A stretch of DNA of 64,000 nucleotides from a virus (taxonomy: Duplodnaviria > Heunggongvirae > Uroviricota > Caudoviricetes). Positions 57,664 to 64,000 of this stretch are shown here, piece by piece. The DNA is taken from IMG/VR virus record IMGVR_UViG_2718217807_000001. The stretch is one strand, 5' to 3'. The notes beneath the pieces are model-generated. The model worked only from the letters and a program-made list of their open reading frames with translations. It had not been told where the DNA came from and searched no databases. Within the stretch, counting starts at the first letter, position 1; every line of letters begins with the position of its first letter. The translations under genes and the position numbers were made by a program.

Positions 57664-58530
57664 ATGTTGAAGAAATTATTAGAAAATCACCGCCTGAAGT
57701 CAGATGCAAAAAATGGCGCTGTCATTGAACAATTCCATGAGGCTTACCCGGGCGGGATTGACACCACAATGAAAATTGGAGAGATGGTGTGCGAGTTCCA
57801 TGAGCTGTTTCAGCATCCTATTGCGGCAGAGATTACGCCAGAACTGTTAGAGCTTCGCGCTCGCCTTATCCGCGAAGAGGCGGTAGATGAGGCAGCTGAA
57901 GCCGTTGAGTTGCTGGATCTGGACAAGGTGCTGGATGCCATGGCTGATGGCCTGTACGTGGGTATTGGTACGATGATCAGCTTGCGTGGCGGCGTGACAA
58001 ATGCCATGGCGTATTTCACAAAAGAGCAAAGCGAAGACACCTACAACAACTATGTTCACGCTCATAGCAAAAAGCCGCAGGATGACATCATCCTTGGTCT
58101 GTCTCAATTTGTGGTCGTCGTGGACGAAATTGAGGCTATTGCTGCCAAAATCCGCTCTGGTTATGTCGATGAGACGAAGCTGGCGATTGAGATGCGCGGT
58201 GCGATGAACCGAATTTACGTGGCATCCCAGATGACCTACCAATTGGCGGATCTGATGAACGTACCCGTTGTCGAGCTGGTGGCCGAAGTCCACCGCAGTA
58301 ATATGACAAAGCTTTGGCCGTCAGACGCAGGACTGCGTACTGAGTTGGTTGCGAACTGCAAATATGACAAAGACGACCTGGCTTTCCGCGTCGCTGAAGG
58401 GCGCGATGGTATGATCGGCTATCGTATTTCTGATGGGAAAATCCTGAAATCGCCAACGTATGAGCCGGCCGACTTGTCCAGGTTTGTTGATATGGCTCTC
58501 AACTCAGTAATCGGGCGTCATTTTTTCTAA
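57664..58530 (+). CDS. Putative MazG-like NTP pyrophosphohydrolase-domain protein
   Basis: N-terminal EExxE-type helical pattern (ELRARLIREEAVDEAAEAVELLD ... DGLYV). 288 aa. Confidence 0.35.
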   Translation: MLKKLLENHRLKSDAKNGAVIEQFHEAYPGGIDTTMKIGEMVCEFHELFQHPIAAEITPELLELRARLIREEAVDEAAEAVELLDLDKVLDAMADGLYVGIGTMISLRGGVTNAMAYFTKEQSEDTYNNYVHAHSKKPQDDIILGLSQFVVVVDEIEAIAAKIRSGYVDETKLAIEMRGAMNRIYVASQMTYQLADLMNVPVVELVAEVHRSNMTKLWPSDAGLRTELVANCKYDKDDLAFRVAEGRDGMIGYRISDGKILKSPTYEPADLSRFVDMALNSVIGRHFF

Positions 58531-58726
58531 AAAAATGATGGGTTTTTGTTGATAAGTAAGTGCTTATTAATATATATTCCCTACCGCCTTGTATCACATA
58601 GATTATTTTCAATTCATATATAGCATTCCTTTTGCGGTCAGCCTTTTAGTTGACCGTTTTTTTTTCTTTAACGCCTCCTTTTGTTGTGTAAAATAAGTAA
58701 ACGAATACTTATTAATAAGGGACAGC

Positions 58727-59818
58727 ATGAACGAATCCTTCGACAATGGCCTTTTGACTGATGCAGCTTATGGCTGTGTTCTGGCTGAAGCCGTATCTAC
58801 CGGCATCAAATCCGACAATCGAACCGGCGTGCCAACAGTTGGGACTTGCTACGTCAACTCACAATATCCGCTGTGGGGCGCTGCTGTGCCTCTCATCTCA
58901 TCTAAAGCCGTAAACCTGAAGCCGCTGCTGGTCGAACTTGAGTGGTATCTGAAAGGAACCGGCGACGTAGCGTTTCTCCGCGAGCATGACGTCAAAATCT
59001 GGGAAGCCTGGACGCGCGAGGATGGGACATTAGGCCCGGTATACGGCAAGCAGTGGCGCCGTTGGAGCGATACCCGGATTGTTGAGCGCTATGACTTCGT
59101 TAAAAACGGTCTGGACTACCGCGCTCGCGGATACAAAGTTGAGGGGTATCTGGGAGCCGACGAAGATCGCGTCGTCCTCTCTCGCGAAATCGACCAGCTA
59201 CAGCGCATCGTCGACAAACTGCGAAGCGACCCCGCCGATCGTCGCATTATGATGAGCGCCTGGAACGTTGGTGAACTCGAAGATATGGCGCTGCCACCTT
59301 GCCACTTCCTCTACCACACCTGGAGCCGCGAGATGGGGTTTGAAGAGCGTCTGCGCCAGGCTAATGCTGTTGGCGAAGCCCACGCTAAATATCTCCATGA
59401 ATCACGTTATACAGCGCTTTTGGCCGAGATAGCACGACGTGGCGAAGCCACTGAGGAAATACTGGACGAGCTGGGTATCCCGCGTCGTGCCCTGTGTGCT
59501 GCCATGATTCAGCGCAGTGTCGATGTGTTTGTTGGGATGCCATTCAACATCTCCGGCTATGGCGTGCTGACTGCGCTGATCGCCCAGGTAACAAACCACA
59601 TGCCGATGATGCTCTCCCATTTTGGTATGGACGTTCACGTCTACGAAAACCATATGGACGGCGTTAACGAGATGATGGATCGCGACATCCCTGAAGACTC
59701 AAACCCTGTCGTTCTTCTGCCTGACTCATGGGAAGAGGTCGACGATTTCCGCTGGCAGGATGTCCGTATCGAGGGCTACAACCCGCTGCCGTGGATCAAA
59801 GTGCCGGTGGCTGTCTGA
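58727..59818 (+). CDS. thyA: Thymidylate synthase (ThyA) with a ~50-aa in-frame insertion after the catalytic Cys
   Basis: LPPCH catalytic motif. QRS.D.F.G.PFNI block. Confidence 0.85.
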   Translation: MNESFDNGLLTDAAYGCVLAEAVSTGIKSDNRTGVPTVGTCYVNSQYPLWGAAVPLISSKAVNLKPLLVELEWYLKGTGDVAFLREHDVKIWEAWTREDGTLGPVYGKQWRRWSDTRIVERYDFVKNGLDYRARGYKVEGYLGADEDRVVLSREIDQLQRIVDKLRSDPADRRIMMSAWNVGELEDMALPPCHFLYHTWSREMGFEERLRQANAVGEAHAKYLHESRYTALLAEIARRGEATEEILDELGIPRRALCAAMIQRSVDVFVGMPFNISGYGVLTALIAQVTNHMPMMLSHFGMDVHVYENHMDGVNEMMDRDIPEDSNPVVLLPDSWEEVDDFRWQDVRIEGYNPLPWIKVPVAV

Positions 59819-59819
59819 T

Positions 59820-60233
59820 ATGGCAAAGGGAATGTTTGCAGTTGTCGAGATTGATGATGTTGTCGCAGACAGCAGGCATCGTGCCGCCGCAGACATTGAG
59901 AAAGATCGCATCAACCTGATGGCTGGCGATGAGCTGGTGTATCCGACGAGCAGAATGCTGAAAGGCTTCTATCGCTCCGGTATCGAGGTTGTTCTGGTGA
60001 CGAGCAAGCGTCTCCTGAAAGAAGAGAGGGAGGTCACGCGAGCGTGGCTTTCCGCTCATGGCATCGGTTACGACTATCTGGTTCAGGTAGAAGCACCCGA
60101 GCATCTGGCTCAATGGATAAAAGAAAACCAGCGGGAAAATATATTTGTCATGGCGATCTGCGCCAGTAATCAGCTGATCACCATGGCGAACAACCACCCG
60201 CACAAGCCTCATATTTACCGAGTACACCGATGA
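59820..60233 (+). CDS. Hypothetical protein (possible HAD-like phosphatase)
   Basis: 137 aa. N-terminal VVEIDDVVAD resembles a DxD motif. Confidence 0.35.
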   Translation: MAKGMFAVVEIDDVVADSRHRAAADIEKDRINLMAGDELVYPTSRMLKGFYRSGIEVVLVTSKRLLKEEREVTRAWLSAHGIGYDYLVQVEAPEHLAQWIKENQRENIFVMAICASNQLITMANNHPHKPHIYRVHR

Positions 60234-60706
60234 GAATGATAGTGGCCGTTGGCCAAAATTTTGAGATTGGCAAAGGAAATGATCTGCCGTGGAAATGCCC
60301 TGCAGATCTGCAACTTTTCAAAGAGCTGACGCACGGCTTTACGGTCATCATGGGGAGAAAGACAGCAGAGAGTTTGGGAAGGCCTCTACCCGGACGTCGC
60401 AATGTCATGCTCACTCATGGTGGTGAGGCGCCGTCAGGCTTTCACGTGGCCTCTTTGGCGCGGTGTCTGCGTGAGTTCCCCAATGCCTGGGTTATTGGGG
60501 GCGGCGTTGTATATGAGGCGATGCTTTCGCATGTCGATGAGATCTGGATTAGTCATATCGATACCAGCGTGCCGGCCGCTGACGCATTCTTCCCATTTGA
60601 GAAAATGCGTCAGATGGGGTTTGAAGCAGTTGCTACCACTCATGAATACGCAGGTGATGGATATTCACCAGCGTTTAAACAAATTGTTTACAGGAAGTTG
60701 AAATGA
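60230..60706 (+). CDS. folA: Dihydrofolate reductase
   Basis: MIVAVGQNFEIG ... LPW ... GRKT motifs. 158 aa. Confidence 0.85.
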   Translation: MRMIVAVGQNFEIGKGNDLPWKCPADLQLFKELTHGFTVIMGRKTAESLGRPLPGRRNVMLTHGGEAPSGFHVASLARCLREFPNAWVIGGGVVYEAMLSHVDEIWISHIDTSVPAADAFFPFEKMRQMGFEAVATTHEYAGDGYSPAFKQIVYRKLK

Positions 60707-61353
60707 AAATAGGCCTTTGCGGTGCGCAGGGAACTGGCAAAACAACACTGGCAAAAGCATACAGTGAGGCCACTGGCATTCCATATATCGATGCGAAAGT
60801 CGGCGACTTCCTTCTGGATAGTGGCGTAGATCTGTCACGCAGCGACATTCCCGTCATTGAGCGAATGAAGGCTCAACTTATGGTGGCTGGGCATATCGCG
60901 TCGACAATTGAAGCCCCTGGGCTTAGCAAGACCGGATTCATTACCGACAGAACGCCGATCGATGTTATGGCTCATACGCACGATATTGCGGCGCCGCACT
61001 ACAAAAATGACGAGGTCATGGAACTGTACACCCAGACTCACATGGTATGCACAGAGACGACCATCGAAAACTTCAACCTGAGCCTGATACTCCGCCCGGG
61101 TGTTCCGTTAACTGAAGAAGATCACCAGCGACAGCAGCGAGGATCGCTAAACCCCTTCTATGTGAACCACATGGATATGCTGATGTCGTCATTCATCCTC
61201 TCATTCTCAAAATTACCGAACCGCGGGATGTTGTCGCGCTTTGCTTTTATGAAGGATGAGGTCATTGATTTGGATCTCCGAGTGGAGTCTCTGGCAGAGG
61301 TCGTGAATACGATCGCCACTGATTCCGGGCATTCCTGCGAACCTATCCATTGA
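60703..61353 (+). CDS. P-loop NTPase, putative (deoxy)nucleotide kinase
   Basis: Walker A GLCGAQGTGKTT at the N-terminus. Sits in the nucleotide-metabolism cluster. Confidence 0.45.
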   Translation: MKIGLCGAQGTGKTTLAKAYSEATGIPYIDAKVGDFLLDSGVDLSRSDIPVIERMKAQLMVAGHIASTIEAPGLSKTGFITDRTPIDVMAHTHDIAAPHYKNDEVMELYTQTHMVCTETTIENFNLSLILRPGVPLTEEDHQRQQRGSLNPFYVNHMDMLMSSFILSFSKLPNRGMLSRFAFMKDEVIDLDLRVESLAEVVNTIATDSGHSCEPIH

Positions 61354-61406
61354 TGTTGAGTCCCTTCCAGGATGGGTGAAAATAATAAAAAAACAGAGGA
61401 AAACAC

Positions 61407-61814
61407 ATGTATAGCGTCGATGAAGAGCTGGATAGAAAGGTGTCTGAGACACTCGTGGACATCATCACAAAGCAGACCAGTGGGTTGATGCCTACATATG
61501 AGGCTAGAGCAGCAATCCATGCGGTGTTTTGCTCTGTCATGGGGTTGGTCGGTACTGAAGTGGCTGAACTTCTCGAAGAGGCAATGAACTCGATAGAAAA
61601 AGAGCCTCCTTCCCCGTTCCCACTTTATTTGAAAACAACCGGTGGCGTTTATATCTCCGTGTCGCCGGATACCACGACAAGAAAGGTCAAGGTTCGCGTC
61701 ATGGCGAGTGAATACAAGCCAGTCGAATATGAATGCGACAGTGCTGCCGCGACTATGAAAAAGGCACTCAGCGTAGTGCATTTACTTATTAAACAGGGTG
61801 CAGAACGCTTATGA
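61407..61814 (+). CDS. Hypothetical protein
   Basis: 135 aa. Preceded by GAGGAAAACACATG. Confidence 0.45.
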   Translation: MYSVDEELDRKVSETLVDIITKQTSGLMPTYEARAAIHAVFCSVMGLVGTEVAELLEEAMNSIEKEPPSPFPLYLKTTGGVYISVSPDTTTRKVKVRVMASEYKPVEYECDSAAATMKKALSVVHLLIKQGAERL

Positions 61815-62353
61815 CAGTTGCAACGGGCATAGACATTGAGACAACTGGGCTTGATGTCTATAGCGGCCACAAAATTATCGAAATCGCCCTCGTATCTTAT
61901 GAGATCGAGACAGCAAATAAACTCAGAGAGGTATCTCTTCGCTTTAACCCACGTCGAAATATCGACGCAAAGGCCCAAGCGATTCATGGGATCTCGCTGG
62001 AAATGTTAGCCGATTCTCCGCTGTTCGAAGACAAAGCCGCAGCGCTGGCAAAAGCGATGGCCGCGTCCGACATCTGGGTTGCGCACAACGGGCGTAAGTT
62101 CGATATTCCATTCATCACCAAGCAAATGAGTGATTGCGGCGTAGAGCTGGTGCAGCGCCCTCTGATCGACACAATGGATGCACGATGGGCGTGCGAGAAT
62201 GGCAAGATCCCACGCCTGCAGGAATTGGCCGTTGCCATGGGATTCGTCTACGACGAAGAGAAAGCGCACGGGGCGCTTTATGATACGGACCTCATGATGA
62301 AGTGTTTTATCAAGGCCAGAAAAGACTACGGATTCTTCCCCATCCCCGCTTGA
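61811..62353 (+). CDS. DnaQ-like 3'-5' exonuclease (DEDDh)
   Basis: Exo I GIDIETTG. Exo II HNGRKFDIPF. Exo III HGALYDTD. Confidence 0.75.
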   Translation: MTVATGIDIETTGLDVYSGHKIIEIALVSYEIETANKLREVSLRFNPRRNIDAKAQAIHGISLEMLADSPLFEDKAAALAKAMAASDIWVAHNGRKFDIPFITKQMSDCGVELVQRPLIDTMDARWACENGKIPRLQELAVAMGFVYDEEKAHGALYDTDLMMKCFIKARKDYGFFPIPA

Positions 62354-62356
62354 CAG

Positions 62357-62380
62357 AAAGCCGCCGATTGGCGGCTTTTC
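62357..62380 (+). terminator. Rho-independent terminator
   Basis: AAAGCCGCC-GATT-GGCGGCTTTTCTT. Confidence 0.65.
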
Positions 62381-62487
62381 TTATGCCTCAAAACAACTTG
62401 TTTACCTGTTTTATTTACTTCTTTGCCTGATGACACATGACAAAATATATCCATCGAAACGATTACAATAAAACAAAGGAAAAACAC

Positions 62488-63300
62488 ATGAGCGCTATTC
62501 ATTCAACTGGTAAAGATAATAGCAATGCAGACCTGATCGCTATGCTGTCAGAACTCGATGCGCTGGAAGAGCCAAGCACCGAAAAAACTGAAGTCGTCGA
62601 GGTGAAAAAAACATCCACCTTCACAACTGATGATCTGTTCAGTGAGCTGCTTCCGCTGGTGGCTTCACCTAAGTCCGAAGTCAATAAAAGTGAGAAAGAG
62701 GTGATCGCAACGTTGCTGGGTGACATCGAGGATGAAATCGAGGTCGTGATCCCGCCACCAGCTGAAGAAAAACCGATTGTTGAGACTGTGGCTGAAACGA
62801 AAGCAGAACAAGAGGGAGATAAGCCTGCAGAAGAGCCAGTCATTGAGGCTGCACCGGAACCAGCGCCGGCACCAGCTAAAAGAGAGCCTGCAGCGCGTCG
62901 TAAACGCTTCTCTCTGGATCAGCTTTCCGACGAGACGATGGCCAGCCTGGGTTTTGAGAGAAAAACCTTTATGGATGGGTATAACGCGTGTCCAGTTAAA
63001 GCGATGGATAAGGTGCAGAACGTCATGGCATGGAGCCAGGGGTTATCAGATCTAAGTATCTATACGATAATTTCCGTGAACCACCTCATTAAATCAGGAT
63101 CAGCAGATACCGCTGGGTTCCGTCTGGCTATGATGAGTAACCCGGAAAAGCCATACCCATCCTCTACCGCTTCAGCTCAGGCTGGGCAGATGATGAGCAT
63201 CCTGCCGGTGCTAGGCATGGCGACGAGAGACGATAAAATTTTAAAGATCGACGAAGATTCACCGTTGGTTAAAAAATTTAGAAGGGAAATACTTTCGTAA
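62488..63300 (+). CDS. Acidic hypothetical protein
   Basis: 270 aa with an E/P/A-rich low-complexity middle. Preceded by AAAGGAAAAACACATG. Confidence 0.45.
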   Translation: MSAIHSTGKDNSNADLIAMLSELDALEEPSTEKTEVVEVKKTSTFTTDDLFSELLPLVASPKSEVNKSEKEVIATLLGDIEDEIEVVIPPPAEEKPIVETVAETKAEQEGDKPAEEPVIEAAPEPAPAPAKREPAARRKRFSLDQLSDETMASLGFERKTFMDGYNACPVKAMDKVQNVMAWSQGLSDLSIYTIISVNHLIKSGSADTAGFRLAMMSNPEKPYPSSTASAQAGQMMSILPVLGMATRDDKILKIDEDSPLVKKFRREILS

Positions 63301-63561
63301 AGAAACATTATCATCGATAGTTACTTTTCGATAACACACACCGTGTTACTTATGTGTGATGTTGAGATTATATACAATTTTTTTGAAGTGCAGTTCTGTA
63401 TGTTTGAAACACAGACGACTACCTTCTTAGCTTGCTAAATGATTTCATGAGTTAGATAATGCCGCTTAGGGTGTTATAAGACGAAGAGAGTCTTAAGCAT
63501 TCAGTTAGTGAGTTGGTTAAATTATCTGCGATTTGTATATTGCCAAGATGGATAAACTAAT

Positions 63562-63990
63562 ATGGTTATAAAAATGAAAAAACAAATCATCGCATCCTTG
63601 CTGCTTATGGTTGGCTTTAATGCGTCGGCAGAACCTGTTTGTCGTTACGCAGCATTTCAATTAAATGATCCTTCGACAGAAGTATTGCTTTGTAAAAATA
63701 CAACTGGAAATCTAATAATAGCAAGTAGAGTAAATGGAAGGATAGATAATCATTTTTGGGGCGTTCCAGATAAACAACTGAAAAAAATAGAAAAGATAGA
63801 AAACGGCTCAAATGTAAAGGGCTATCAAGTTACTTACTATAATTTATTGAATCATAAGGTGGTTGTTTCTCTCTTAGTTAAAGATAATAATGGAAAAATA
63901 ACATCTGAAATGAGAAAGGTGAATAAACAAGAACATGTGGATGACACTATCAAAATGAATCCAAATGGTATGACATTCAATTTTTATTGA
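63562..63990 (+). CDS. Secreted hypothetical protein (AT-rich moron)
   Basis: Signal peptide ...GFNASA|EP. 142 aa. Very low GC. Confidence 0.4.
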   Translation: MVIKMKKQIIASLLLMVGFNASAEPVCRYAAFQLNDPSTEVLLCKNTTGNLIIASRVNGRIDNHFWGVPDKQLKKIEKIENGSNVKGYQVTYYNLLNHKVVVSLLVKDNNGKITSEMRKVNKQEHVDDTIKMNPNGMTFNFY

Positions 63991-64000
63991 AAGGTCGTCG

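Overview
Working from sequence alone, this window reads as about 57 kb of an enterobacterial phage-plasmid plus a 6.2-kb insertion. The backbone is ~50% GC and almost entirely + strand. A high-GC Tn3-family transposon (557-6779) is inserted in a tail-fiber gene. It has perfect 38-bp terminal inverted repeats (IRs), a 5-bp TGAAT target-site duplication (TSD), tnpA, tnpR, a MntA/HepT toxin-antitoxin pair and unknown cargo.

The backbone carries: two tail-fiber genes, the first interrupted by the transposon; a lysis cassette with nested spanins; a ParA/ParG-like partition pair; DnaB-like helicase, primase and ATP-dependent ligase; a tyrosine recombinase with an XRE-family (HTH_XRE) regulator; a vWA/AAA (CobT/CobS-like) pair; DnaE encoded as two ORFs; a gp32-like ssDNA-binding protein; a 5'-3' exonuclease; a RecA-family recombinase; an SPFH lipoprotein; a P1-type iteron replicon (repA between 5-iteron and 9-iteron arrays, DnaA boxes and a GATC cluster); SbcCD; a RuvC-like resolvase; and a nucleotide-metabolism block (nrdA, nrdB, MazG-like, thyA, folA, a P-loop kinase, a DnaQ-like exonuclease).

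This gene content resembles SSU5/pHCM2-type phage-plasmids; that placement is from memory, not from a database hit.

Unusual items:
- three standalone HEPN (Rx4H) proteins, two of them in AT-rich morons or on the opposite strand;
- a minus-strand AT-rich island with two paralogous ~165-aa proteins flanking a 41-aa micro-ORF;
- a protein ending in the SSB tail motif DIPF;
- two unrelated proteins sharing a C-terminal NPLWGSW heptapeptide and a 24-nt DNA repeat;
- a 1.1-kb noncoding block with two tRNA-like T-arm/CCA elements;
- dispersed ATAAGTA-N-TACTTAT palindromes and a stereotyped AAAGGAAAACACATG initiation region.

No CRISPR array and no canonical rRNA or tRNA was found.
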